Part shown: piece by piece, positions 37,047 to 46,728 of the stretch | Numbering within the stretch: position 1 is the first letter of the stretch | Layout: each line of letters starts with the position of its first letter | Virus record (IMG/VR): IMGVR_UViG_3300049780_000032 | Span: 1-52,894 of that record | Length of the DNA stretch: 52,894 nt | Source of the DNA: a virus | Lineage: Duplodnaviria > Caudoviricetes | Reading direction: 5' to 3' (one strand) | Program-made: the position numbers and the translations under genes | Notes under the pieces: generated by a model | Databases searched by the model: none | What the model was told of the DNA's origin: nothing | Seen by the model: the letters and a program-made list of their open reading frames with translations, nothing else

Positions 37047-38525
37047 ATGGCTAGACGCAAGAGTCGGCGCCAGCACGGCGAGGGATCGATCTACCAGCGG
37101 AAAAAGGACGGCCGATGGGTGTGCGAACTCCACCTCGGATACCGTCCTGACGGAAAGCCCGATCGGCGCTATCTGTACGGCGACACCTCAGATGAGGTGA
37201 TCGAGAAGCGCCGCAAATTCTGGCAAGCGCAGGATGACGGGTTCACGCCGGCGAAGGGCCGAGGCCGCACCGTGGGGGAGTGGCTGACCCACTGGCTGTA
37301 CAACATCGTCAAGGCACAGGTCCGCGAGTCCACCTGGCACAAGTCGTATCGCCCCAAGGTGGAGAACTATCTGATCCCGGGGCTCAATCGGATCCTGCTG
37401 AAGGAACTCGACGAGGACCTCGTCGAGAAGTTGTATGCCCGCCTCAAGACCGACGGCTTAGCGCCAGCGACGATCCTGCAAATCCACGCAATTCTCTCGC
37501 GATCTCTGAAGATCGCGGCGAAGCGCAAGCTGATCCCGCGGAACCCGTGCTCCTTCGTGGCGCCGGCGCGCGGAGACCGCGCCGAGATCGTGCCGCCAGA
37601 GCGAGATGAGGCCGCGGCGATCCTGCAGGCGGTGGCCACCCGCTGGAACGGGGCACGATGGGCGCTCGCCCTGAGCGTTGGTCCTCGCCAAGGAGAGGCT
37701 CTCGGCCTCACCTGGCCGATGCTGGACCTGTCTGACCTCGACCACGCGACGATCCGGATCGCGTGGGAGATCGCGCGGGTGCCATGGCAGCACGGCTGCG
37801 AGGACCCGAAGAAGTGCGGCGAGCGTCTCCACCGGCGCCCGTGCCCGCCCGACCCTGCCGACTGCCCGAAGGTGCGCCCGACCGGACGCCGCCACGTCTG
37901 TAGCCGGCCGTGCCCGCCGCGGTGCACCGAGCATCAGGCCGGCCAGTGCCCGACTTGGTGCCCGGACGACTGCGTGAAGCATGCGTCGAGCTGCAAACAG
38001 CGGCTCGGCGGCGGCTTGGTGTTGACGGAGCCAAAGAGCGCGAAGTCGAAGAGGACCGCCGCACTGCCGCGCCGGATGGCGGAGCTGCTGCTCGCACACC
38101 GGACATGGCAGGAGGCGCAGCGGATCGGTAACCCGGCGTGGGTGGGCTGGGGGCACGACAGCCAGACCTGCGATCGGCGGCCGCGCGCCCGCGAGGCCGT
38201 TTGCCCGAAGTGCCGCAAGCCGACGAAGCGGGACGCGCTGGTGTTCGCTCAGCCGAACGGGACGCCGATCGACGGGCGGCGCGACTGGCAGGAGTGGACG
38301 GACCTGCTCGCGGAGCTCGGGTTGCCGCACTATCGCCCGCATGACAGCCGCCATTTCGCCGCGACGACGGCGCTGGAGGAAGACGTGGACGTGGTGGTGG
38401 TGCAGGAGATGCTGGGTCACGCGACCGCCGCGTTCACTCAGTCGACGTATCAGCACGTCAGACCCGCGTTGCAGCGGCAGGCCGCAGATAGGATCGGCGG
38501 CGCGTTGTGGGGGGCCGACACGTGA
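37047..38525 (+). CDS. int: Tyrosine integrase of the prophage
   Basis: GEGSIYQR arm domain, GPRQGE (R), PKS (K), HDSRH, LGH, TYQH. Confidence 0.95.
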   Translation: MARRKSRRQHGEGSIYQRKKDGRWVCELHLGYRPDGKPDRRYLYGDTSDEVIEKRRKFWQAQDDGFTPAKGRGRTVGEWLTHWLYNIVKAQVRESTWHKSYRPKVENYLIPGLNRILLKELDEDLVEKLYARLKTDGLAPATILQIHAILSRSLKIAAKRKLIPRNPCSFVAPARGDRAEIVPPERDEAAAILQAVATRWNGARWALALSVGPRQGEALGLTWPMLDLSDLDHATIRIAWEIARVPWQHGCEDPKKCGERLHRRPCPPDPADCPKVRPTGRRHVCSRPCPPRCTEHQAGQCPTWCPDDCVKHASSCKQRLGGGLVLTEPKSAKSKRTAALPRRMAELLLAHRTWQEAQRIGNPAWVGWGHDSQTCDRRPRAREAVCPKCRKPTKRDALVFAQPNGTPIDGRRDWQEWTDLLAELGLPHYRPHDSRHFAATTALEEDVDVVVVQEMLGHATAAFTQSTYQHVRPALQRQAADRIGGALWGADT

Positions 38526-38650
38526 CAGGAGAAACGACAGGGCACCGGATGCGCTTAGGTACTCCTAGATACGCATACATGCGCATCGCTCGCGCTGGTC
38601 GGTGGCTTGGATGCGCCTCGGCGCGTATACGTGCGCAGGTCATCTGAATT

Positions 38651-38693
38651 CTTCTAATCCGACGGTCGCAGGTTCGAATCCTGCAGGGCGCGC
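38651..38693 (+). other. att core: 3' half of tRNA-Arg(UCU)
   Basis: CTTCTAA anticodon loop, GCAGG TTCGAAT CCTGC T-arm, GGGCGCG acceptor strand; no D-arm or 5' half upstream. Confidence 0.85.
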
Positions 38694-38841
38694 TTCGATC
38701 ATGGTCTGACCTGCGGCGATGCGGGATCGGATGCGTTCTAGAATTTTCCTCTAGCGTGCGCGTGCTCCAAACGCGCTCGCCCGCACCAACCCCGCACACA
38801 CCATGATCCATTCGCCACCTCCGCCTGCTGCGGCAAGAGCA

Positions 38842-38884
38842 CCGGCCCCGCCTCGCCGCGAGCAGGCGGCGAACGCGGGGCCGG
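38842..38884. terminator. Strong hairpin downstream of second integrase
   Basis: CCGGCCCCGC/GCGGGGCCGG outer stem plus TCGCCGC/GCGGCGA inner stem. Confidence 0.65.
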
Positions 38885-38901
38885 ATACTTAATCCGACTG
38901 T

Positions 38902-40467
38902 TCAGCTCCTCAGCGAGATGAGCTTCCCGGGTTCGACCTGGTCTTCCTTGCCGAACAGCAGAGCGGCGGTCTTCTCGGCCGCCGCTGTGGCCACCTGCGG
39001 GTAGACCGAGGTGTAGGTATCGGCGGTGAAGGCGCTGGAGGTGTGGCCCAGCGTTTCCTGCACCACCTTCATCTCCACCCCGGCCGCCAGCATCAGCGAG
39101 GCCGCGCCATGGCGGAGGTCATGGAGCCGGATGGGAGGCAGGCCGGCCAGGTAGGCGAGCCAGAGAAACTGGTCGGAGACGTGCTGCGGGTGCAGGCGGC
39201 TGCCGTCCGGTTGGGTGAAGACGAACTCGGTGTCGGTCCAGGCTTCCCCCATGGCCAGTCGCTCCTGAAGTTGCTGCTGGCGATGGGCGCGCAGCACCTG
39301 GGCAGTGTCGCTGTCCAGGGCGATGGTCCGCACCGAGGCGTCAGTCTTCGGTGTGCCTTCGTGGACTTCCCAGGCCAGCTGTACCAACTGCCAGTTGACG
39401 GTCAGGGTGTGGCCGTCGAGGTCGACTTCCTTCCAGCGCAGCCCGCAGGCCTCGCCCCGGCGCAGCCCGCGCAGCGCGATCAACTGATACAGGGCGAAGA
39501 GGCGATGCCGTCGTGCCTCTTCGAGGAACAGGCGGGTGTGCACGGGCGTCCACACCATCACCGGGGAGGGGCGTGGCACGCTGGTGTAGGCGTCGATCGG
39601 ATCGACCCGCCGTCCACCCCGGCGCTGCTTCTCGGCCTGCCGGTATTGACGGAAGGCCTCCTGCCAGGCGCAGACCCGGTCATTCGTCCACACCAGCGGC
39701 CTGGGCCGGGTCTTGGCCGGCATCTCCAGCACGGCGGCGGGGTTGAAGTCGATGAGCCGGTCCTGGCGCATGGCCATGTTCAAGGCATGTCGCAGGGTGG
39801 CGCGGATGCTGTGCATGGTGGTAACGCTGATCGGCCGCCGGTATTTGACGCTGGCCCGCACTTGCGGGTCGGGGTCGGTGCGGCGTTCGGCGATGGTGTC
39901 GTTGAACTCCTCGATCTGCTCGAACATCAACGCGATGTCGCTGACCTTGAGCTGATCCAACCTGAAGCGCCCCAGATACGGGGTCAGGTAGAGGCGGATG
40001 TGACCCTCGTAGGAGCGGCGGGTTGTTTCCTCGATCCTGCGCTTGCGGTTGAGGAACTCGGCCAGCCACTGTTCGACGGTGATCTCCTGGGTGAGGTGCT
40101 GCCCGGTCTTGATCTTGCGGCGGATGGTTTCCGCGTTGGGGAGGGTGTCGGTCTCATCCAGGGTGCGTTTGATCAGGTCGGCGATCTGGGTGCGGGTGGC
40201 GGGCTCGCGCGGGTCGGCCAGCGCGAGCAGGTCGCGCACGTGACCGAGTTCGTCTCTGGCGGCGTCCTGGGTGGCGAAGCCGCCGCGGCGCAGCGGTCCG
40301 CGCCGTTTGCCGTCGGGTTCGGGTGGGAGTTCGATCTGGTAGTTCCAGATGCCGTGCCGGTAGCTCCACCCGCCGTCGGCGCGGCGCAGCTTGGGGCACT
40401 TCTGGCCCAGTGCCTTGCCGTCGTCTCCTCGGCAGGAACAGCGTTTGAAGGTGCGTCCTTCGGCCAT
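38902..40467 (-). CDS. int: Second tyrosine integrase (actinomycete integrative-element type)
   Basis: MAEGRTFKRCSCR..CPKL N-terminus; GLRRGE, PKT, HDLRH, LGH, DTY. Confidence 0.95.
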   Translation of the reverse strand: MAEGRTFKRCSCRGDDGKALGQKCPKLRRADGGWSYRHGIWNYQIELPPEPDGKRRGPLRRGGFATQDAARDELGHVRDLLALADPREPATRTQIADLIKRTLDETDTLPNAETIRRKIKTGQHLTQEITVEQWLAEFLNRKRRIEETTRRSYEGHIRLYLTPYLGRFRLDQLKVSDIALMFEQIEEFNDTIAERRTDPDPQVRASVKYRRPISVTTMHSIRATLRHALNMAMRQDRLIDFNPAAVLEMPAKTRPRPLVWTNDRVCAWQEAFRQYRQAEKQRRGGRRVDPIDAYTSVPRPSPVMVWTPVHTRLFLEEARRHRLFALYQLIALRGLRRGEACGLRWKEVDLDGHTLTVNWQLVQLAWEVHEGTPKTDASVRTIALDSDTAQVLRAHRQQQLQERLAMGEAWTDTEFVFTQPDGSRLHPQHVSDQFLWLAYLAGLPPIRLHDLRHGAASLMLAAGVEMKVVQETLGHTSSAFTADTYTSVYPQVATAAAEKTAALLFGKEDQVEPGKLISLRS

Positions 40468-41420
40468 CGTGGTGCCTGTCCTGTTCTCTTCGGTGCTGAT
40501 GGGTGGGGCTGGTGTGGTGGAGATCGGGGTGGTGCTCGGCGCAGGGGTGCTGCGTCCGGTCCTGGAGTAGCCGGTGAAGGGCTGCCCTGCTCGAGGGGCG
40601 CGCTTTGAGAAGGTCCTGTTTCGAGTGCTCATCCCGCGATATCCCGTTCAGCCATGGCCCCGGTGATCGCTGGATACGGGTGCACGGCGGTCCTGCCGCG
40701 CGTGCCGCCGTTCTGTACGGTGTGGAGCGCCGGGCCGTCGTGTTCCCGTCCGGCGCGGCCGATGCGGTGGTGTGATCGGGCGAGCACGCCCGTGGTCGTC
40801 ACCCCGCCGCATCGATGGCCGTGCCGGACAGGGGGTATCGACGCCCACCTGGATGGCGATGGTCAAGGCCGAATCCGACGGTCAACGCCGGGCGGGTGCG
40901 ACAGCGGTCTCTGTACGGCGTCGCCGCCAGCTCAGCGCTCATCGCTTCGAGACGCCACAGAGCAAGGACGGCTCTCGCCGCGGGAACGCACCAAGGCGTG
41001 CGAGCGAGATGAGCAGCCATCCCAGGGCGTAGGCCTGGAATGACCGCGCAGTCGCTGCCGGCCCAAAGAGTCCCTTCGACCGGCAGATCTGAGCCGTCGG
41101 TGGTGCTGAACGGTATGGTCCGCGGTTCGCGTGGTACGGCGGATGATGTGATTCGCTGGTGTTGGTTGTCGTGCGGTGAAAGCCATGTCGGTGTGGCCCG
41201 ATCACCTGGGCCACCTGATCCCTGTCACCTTTATAAATACCTGCGATCAAACCCGGATTCGGACAGCAGGCGAGGCAAAGATTCGACCATGATCACCCGA
41301 CAAATCCTCCGCATCCGGGGCATACTCCCCGTCCTCGACCGGCGGTAGACAGCCTCAACCCGGCGAGGAAACAACCATGGCGGCCTGCAAGATGCGAGCA
41401 ACGATGCCCGGGAATTTAGC

Positions 41421-41449
41421 GAACCTGCGGATTAAAAGTCGGCAGCTCT
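41421..41449 (-). other. Degenerate tRNA-Lys(UUU) fragment, att relic
   Basis: Minus strand AGAGCTGCCGA CTTTTAA TCCGCAGGTTC: end of D-arm plus anticodon arm with one stem mismatch. Confidence 0.55.
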
Positions 41450-41851
41450 TATGTCGCGTCCTGCCTTAGCCTACTTAATTCTATCACGGGGATCGCTTTT
41501 GTCGCTTTTAGAATGTCCCAAAATGCCGCGCCGTGTTCGTGGGTGTCGATGGCCGAAGAGCATGTGACGAGCACGTGAACGGCGGGCTCACTGTCGCCCG
41601 CGGTGCCTCGTGGTGAGCCCTTGACATTTCAATCTGTCCCGGTGTGGCTATATTTGGCCTTCGGCTGCTTGGTTCACTGCGGTGCTGGTTCTGGCGCGGA
41701 GACGCAGGCTAAGGCATCCCTTTACGTTCCTGGCAGGGAAGATGGCGGTTGTCGTTTCTAATAAACACAGCTCGGGGCCGACTGACACTGATGCTGCTGA
41801 CATGATGAGTCAGATACGGGCTGAGGTACGGCTCAAGTGCAGTGCCGTACC

Positions 41852-42667
41852 TCAGGGGCTGACTGCCGCGGAGTCGAGGCGTCGGTGCAGCATCGAAATC
41901 AGAGTCAGGACGTCGAGGGCATCCGACCGTGAGGTGGCCCAGAGAACTCTAGGTGCGTGCGCACTGGGGTTGCGGAAGGTGCTGAACAGGCCCTTCATCA
42001 GCATCACCAGACCGTTTTGCTCGGAGCGCTCCCATTCGGTGGTGAGGGTGTTGAAGGCGATACGGGGGCCCTGCCCGATAGAGCATGTCTTGTCGACCAG
42101 GCCGGAGCCATCACCGTGCTCCCCGGTCAGGGCCCGTAGCTTGTCAGCCACGCTCTTGGACGCCTCCAGCACCGCATGAAAGTAGTTGCGGTCCGTCAAC
42201 TCAGCCCGACAAAAGCGCAAGACATCAGGGTGCACATCACGCCGGCTGAGCTCCGCGCGCAGGTCGTCGGCTCGTTGCTGAGCCTCTGACACGGTAGTGG
42301 CCGCTGCGGTGCGTGCGATCTTGCCGTCCTCGCGTACCTTGTAACCGCTGTAGAGGAGGCTTTCATTCACCGCAGTACGCGTGCGCTCGTAGTCGGCTGT
42401 GGACTGGAAGCGGACCGGCCTCATGACCTCCCCTACCAGCCGAAGCATGGCGTGCCCATCCCCCTGATGGTTCTGTCGCTGAGCGACCGCGTCGAACAGG
42501 CGCTTCCATTTCGTTTGCCGCTCGCTGCCAGCGGGTTCGGTGACCTTGAGCGGGACGATCAGGTTAGGGATCTGCGGCCCTGTGACCGCATCGGCCAGCG
42601 CCTTGCAGATCTGCTCAACCGAGGCAGCGGGAAAGGGCGCGGGGAGAGGAGGCGCTGCTTGTGCCAT
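41852..42667 (-). CDS. TIGR02391 family protein
   Basis: 'TKWKRLF', 'VHPDVLRFCRAEL..NYFHAVLEA.KSVADKLR', 'FRNP.AH'. Confidence 0.85.
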   Translation of the reverse strand: MAQAAPPLPAPFPAASVEQICKALADAVTGPQIPNLIVPLKVTEPAGSERQTKWKRLFDAVAQRQNHQGDGHAMLRLVGEVMRPVRFQSTADYERTRTAVNESLLYSGYKVREDGKIARTAAATTVSEAQQRADDLRAELSRRDVHPDVLRFCRAELTDRNYFHAVLEASKSVADKLRALTGEHGDGSGLVDKTCSIGQGPRIAFNTLTTEWERSEQNGLVMLMKGLFSTFRNPSAHAPRVLWATSRSDALDVLTLISMLHRRLDSAAVSP

Positions 42668-42786
42668 AGCGTCTATGGTCTCGTGTTGCCGCCAAGGCCG
42701 CTACCAAATTACGGCCGTCGGCCGTCGGCCATCCCAGTCCCAAGCTGACTCTGCCCCAGCGGCTGAGCATGCTCATTGGGCCTCCT

Positions 42787-43824
42787 TTAATGGGGTTCCG
42801 GAGAGGAGATTTCAAGAATGTCATAAATGGGGTCTCCCCATGTAGCCCAATCACGCAGTCGTGGCGTATCAATGAGATGAATGTTCTGACTTCTGGCAAA
42901 CGCACGGGCTGGCTGGGAAAAGTCTCCACTTGCCATCATGACGACTATGTTCGCCTTGTGTATCGGGCGCGCAGTTCCGTTGAGTCGCTGAAGTGCTTCG
43001 GAACCGATCCGTCTACGGCCTCGAGTATGTTTGCACTGCATAACGAGCCGGCGGCCGTCTGGAGTCGTCGCAATCACGTCCGCGCCAAGGTCTCCAGACC
43101 CACCCGCACGGCGCACAATGGCCAACCCGTCGCGTCTCAAGAGCCAGGAACCAAGTATTTCAAAGTTCCGCGGATCGAAGTTATTGATCGTATCGAGGGT
43201 ATAGCTTTTTTCGCTTGAGGCGAATTCCTTGCGCCGGCAATCAAGTTTGTTTAGCGCGGCGATACACTCTTCGGCGTCGTGGCATATGCGCGTAATGCGT
43301 TCCCTGCGAGGCTCGATATCGACCCAATTTCCATGCTGTCTTCGTTTGGCGATACGCGCTCGTTTCCTGCGCTGTATAGAGAGGATGGCGAGTAGCCAAA
43401 CGTGCCCTTGAGGCGCTCGAAATTGCTTCTGGCTCTCTGAATGTGCAACGCAAGGTGCTGAGATTCCGTTTCGAGTAGCGCTCTTTTTCTTCGCAGGATT
43501 GCCTCATATTCGCCCCGCGTGAACTCATATTCTCCGGAGGGGATTTTATTTTATGCGCTCCCAGGTCGATCGAACTTCCGTGGATATCTCTTCACGGCAC
43601 TTTTCTGCTGTCGTTGCGATTGCTCTTGCGATAATTCCCTCGCGGGTCCAGAGAAGGGCTGCTAGAAAGTCGCTCTCGTCGGCCTTGCCGATATAGTCAC
43701 CCATGGCCTGGCGGAGTAGCTTGTCTGCAAATTTCGGAGGAGTAATTCGGGCTTCTCGGTCAATGATCACCGCGAAATGGTGCACCACTCCATAAAGATG
43801 GATGAAACGCCCAAACATGATCAT
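42787..43824 (-). pseudogene. Frameshifted Mrr-like restriction endonuclease
   Basis: C-terminal 'FE..GSWLLRRDG....GGSGDLGADVIA...VMQCK...FSQPA..FA..I.LID'; upstream AT-rich coding split over successive frames. Confidence 0.7.
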
Positions 43825-43858
43825 ATCGCATGCAAGCTAGGGCGCGGCTGATGGGGAC

Positions 43859-44190
43859 GTGCAGGAGACGGGCGAACTCCTGGCTGAGGTCGGCATTCCG
43901 ACCGTGCTCACCAGAATCCGGATGCCGCGCGTGAACTCGATCATGGAGCGGCGGGTGAGGTCCTGTCGCCGCGCACTCCTCGGTCACTGCCTGCTGTGGA
44001 ACGAATACCATCTGCGTCATGCCCTGCGTGAGTACGAATGGTTGTCACCTACAGCCAGCACCGTGCTCACTAGGCCCTGGACCAAATGGCCCCGCTACGC
44101 GTTATGCCGGATCCGATCACAGATCTAGAGCGGGTCATCGTCCTGCGCGTACGCTGAAGATACCGGCTCGGCGGAGTTCTCCGTGAGTGT
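43859..44190 (+). pseudogene. Integrase-core transposase remnant
   Basis: 'GI..V.T..RMPRVNSIMERRVRSCRR.LL...L.WNE.HLRHALREYE'; truncated and frameshifted. Confidence 0.75.
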
Positions 44191-44292
44191 TCACATACGG
44201 CTTGAGTTGTATGGATGTGGTTTGGCAGGCGTGGAGCCGATGGTGGGCATGGATAAGTATGGCCAGCATCCGGCGAGTCTGAGAGGTGCACA

Positions 44293-44895
44293 GTGGAGCT
44301 GCGAAAATTGCGCTTCTGGCCGGGCTCGCTCGTGGTGCTTGAGGGCTTGGACCGCAGTGGCAAGTCTACTCAGCGCCATTGGCTCTCAACTCTCGATTGG
44401 GCCGCCCCCGCTCCGTTGTTTACGCACATGCCATCCGGCTTGGCTCGTGTGACGGAAAGTATCTATACCCTTACTGAAGATGTCGATATCAAGTCGCCAT
44501 TAGCGCGCCAGCTGTTACATCTCGCGTGCCATGCAGAGAACATCGCCGCGATTGCTGAGGCCCGTCACGAGCGAGGCGTGGTGCTCGATCGGTGGTGGTG
44601 GTCCACTGTGGCCTACGGTTGGTACGGCTGCGACCTAGCCAACCTCGGCGTGGATGAGCGCGCGTTCTTTGGAATGATCAACTCAATCTGGGCGCGTCAG
44701 CCAGCGGACTTGGTTTTCCTGTTCACCTCGCCTTTTGAAGGGGATGAGCTAAACCGTGATCAGGTTCGCCGTGGCTACGAGGTTCTCGCGCGCCAGCACG
44801 CCTCCACGACGGTCGAAGTTCCCGCTGCCGATGAGGCGACGACTACGGCCTTCCTCGTTGAGCAGCTGGTCCTTCACAAGCTGGTCAAGATGTAG
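44293..44895 (+). CDS. Thymidylate kinase-like nucleotide kinase
   Basis: VVLEGLDRSGKST P-loop; VVLDRWWWSTVAYG; P.DLVFLF. Confidence 0.88.
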   Translation: MELRKLRFWPGSLVVLEGLDRSGKSTQRHWLSTLDWAAPAPLFTHMPSGLARVTESIYTLTEDVDIKSPLARQLLHLACHAENIAAIAEARHERGVVLDRWWWSTVAYGWYGCDLANLGVDERAFFGMINSIWARQPADLVFLFTSPFEGDELNRDQVRRGYEVLARQHASTTVEVPAADEATTTAFLVEQLVLHKLVKM

Positions 44896-45035
44896 CCGGC
44901 AAAGGCCTACCTTCCCATGGATGACAGGAGATCGCCGCGACGGTGCGTCCCGGAACTCCCTGGGTCGACGTGTGAGTGGCAAGGCACGCGTAGGACAGAA
45001 CCTGAGCCGTTGCTCTTCGCCGTGGTCTTCGTACC

Positions 45036-45914
45036 TCACTCGGTGGGCATGGGGGAAACGACGAGCGTCTGGGTGTTCATGTCAAGATCGATGATGCCGC
45101 CGCCAGCTTGGCGCAACTGCCGCCAGGCGGTGTAGCCGGTCAGGATGGCCTTTTCCCAGTCGGCGGCGCGGTGGACGGAGACCTCGAGGTGTCCCACCAT
45201 GGAGCCGATGGTGTCGAGTAGGTCATTGTCGATGTGGATCGTGCCGTCCAGGTAGTTGTGGCGGCTGGCGTAGGAGAACACCAAGGCGGAGATGCCTTCC
45301 TCGATGGCGATGGCCCGGCCGCCGTCTTCCGCTTCGTCGACGGTGGAGTTGGAACGGCGCTTGCGGCGTAGCAAGGAGCGCATCACCGGGGACCATCCAA
45401 GGACCGCTGCGTAGGACAGGTGGAAGATGTCGTGCATCCTGTAGTCGTCGCTGACGTGCGAGGCGTCGGTGAGCGGATCTCCCACGGCGGCACCGTCCCA
45501 GGTGAGGATCGATTTGATGATGCCGTTCACGTCGGCAAGGCGAAGGACGAAGCGGGCGGTGCGTGGAAGTCGTTCTTCCTGCGGATAGCCATCGTCGAAA
45601 GGAATCTGATCGGCGGTGGTGGGGCGCCAGCGATCAGCGATTTTGTGCAGGTTGGCTGCAGCGACATCGGCTAGATCGAGGCCGGCCTGCTCAGCGAGTA
45701 CGGCCAGGTACCACAGGGCGTCACCGAGTTCCTCGCGCAGCTGTGCCTTGAACGTCGGATTGGCCCGCCCATCACGCAACTGCTTCTTGTAGGCCGTGGC
45801 GACAGCCCCGACCTCGCCGATGAGCCCGAGGAGAGGAACAGCAACGGGGTCCGTGCCGGCTTCCGCCTCCTGAAGGGTCTTGCAGGCGGCTCGTTGGTAG
45901 TCGCTCAGGTCCAC
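45036..45914 (-). CDS. MazG-family nucleotide pyrophosphohydrolase with MazG C-terminal domain
   Basis: YQ, LGLIGEVG, EELGDALWYLA, ANLHK; C-terminal 'GDPLTD...DDYR.HD.FH...LGWSPV.R...EDGGRA..IEEG'. Confidence 0.9.
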   Translation of the reverse strand: MDLSDYQRAACKTLQEAEAGTDPVAVPLLGLIGEVGAVATAYKKQLRDGRANPTFKAQLREELGDALWYLAVLAEQAGLDLADVAAANLHKIADRWRPTTADQIPFDDGYPQEERLPRTARFVLRLADVNGIIKSILTWDGAAVGDPLTDASHVSDDYRMHDIFHLSYAAVLGWSPVMRSLLRRKRRSNSTVDEAEDGGRAIAIEEGISALVFSYASRHNYLDGTIHIDNDLLDTIGSMVGHLEVSVHRAADWEKAILTGYTAWRQLRQAGGGIIDLDMNTQTLVVSPMPTE

Positions 45915-45965
45915 ACTCACTCCTCGTGTCGGGTTCCCCAGCAGAACTTGTAGGATATCCAGGAG

Positions 45966-46004
45966 TGTGGCATTCTCGGACAGTAAATTCAGGAAAACGC
46001 CACA
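45966..46004. promoter_or_regulatory. Inverted repeat, candidate operator between divergent mazG and ACP-XRE operon
   Basis: TGTGGCATTCTC-N15-GAAAACGCCACA (10/12 match). Confidence 0.5.
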
Positions 46005-46018
46005 GCCGGGGAGGGCGG

Positions 46019-46309
46019 ATGTCCGCAAGCATGACCCGGGAGGACGTGGTGGGCCTCACCATCGGCCTACTGGCTGCGGAGCAAGGCCGGGACCCGGCCG
46101 AGTTGCGCGCAGAACTGGAGGGGCAGGGCTCCGACCTGCCTATCGACTCACAGCTGATCGCCGAGGTTCTGGCCCGAGTTGAGAATCACTTCGGGGTTCG
46201 CATCCCAGCCGACAACGAAGCCGCCCGCTCTTTGCGGTCGGTGCAGACGTTCGCCGAGACCATTCTCGTCGCAGCCGCCATGGCCGTCGCAAGTCAAGAG
46301 GTGTCATGA
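46019..46309 (+). CDS. Acyl carrier protein-like (phosphopantetheine site)
   Basis: 96 aa, acidic; 'LPIDSQLIAEVLARVENHFGVRIP...LRSVQTFAETI' ACP pattern. Confidence 0.8.
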   Translation: MSASMTREDVVGLTIGLLAAEQGRDPAELRAELEGQGSDLPIDSQLIAEVLARVENHFGVRIPADNEAARSLRSVQTFAETILVAAAMAVASQEVS

Positions 46310-46728
46310 CCACCCCAGAAGAACACATTGCCCGCGATCCTGACTGGAGCCCGAGTTGGGAGCTGATCGGAGAGAGACTGCGTACCGCCCGCGAATATTT
46401 GAACTTCTCTCAGCAGCATGTCGCGGACAGGACCGGAATCCCGCGGACGGCCATCAGCGACATCGAGCGTGGGGCACGTAAGGTCGACAGCCTGGAGTTG
46501 CGCAAGCTGGCGCGGTTCTACAAGCGCCCCATCGGCTACTTCCTTGATGAGGACACCGAGGCCGCCATCGCTGATCACGCAACGGCCATGCTCGCTCGGG
46601 CGCTGAGTCCTCTTAGCGACGGCGACCGGGAGCAGGTGGTCAAGTTCGCGCAGTTCTTGCAGTCCGCATACGCCGCAGAGGCCGAGGAGGAGAAGCAGCA
46701 GCGGGTGTCCGGGGAGAGAGATCGGTGA
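46306..46728 (+). CDS. XRE-family transcriptional regulator
   Basis: 'IGERLRTARE..NFSQQHVA..TGIPRTAISDIERG.RKV..LEL..LA'. Confidence 0.93.
   Translation: MTTPEEHIARDPDWSPSWELIGERLRTAREYLNFSQQHVADRTGIPRTAISDIERGARKVDSLELRKLARFYKRPIGYFLDEDTEAAIADHATAMLARALSPLSDGDREQVVKFAQFLQSAYAAEAEEEKQQRVSGERDR

Larger units (their letters stand above)
1..38693. mobile_element. Temperate siphovirus prophage (right part; left end outside window)
   Basis: Syntenic tail-head-packaging-replication-immunity-integrase order, ending at a tRNA 3' fragment. Confidence 0.95.

Noticed and set aside
38651-38693. Complete tRNA-Arg gene
   Set aside because: Only anticodon loop to acceptor 3' strand is present; no 5' half, so it is an att core
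40640-41350. ORFs upstream of the second integrase
   Set aside because: Short, inconsistent frames; perhaps decayed element genes, but no family can be supported
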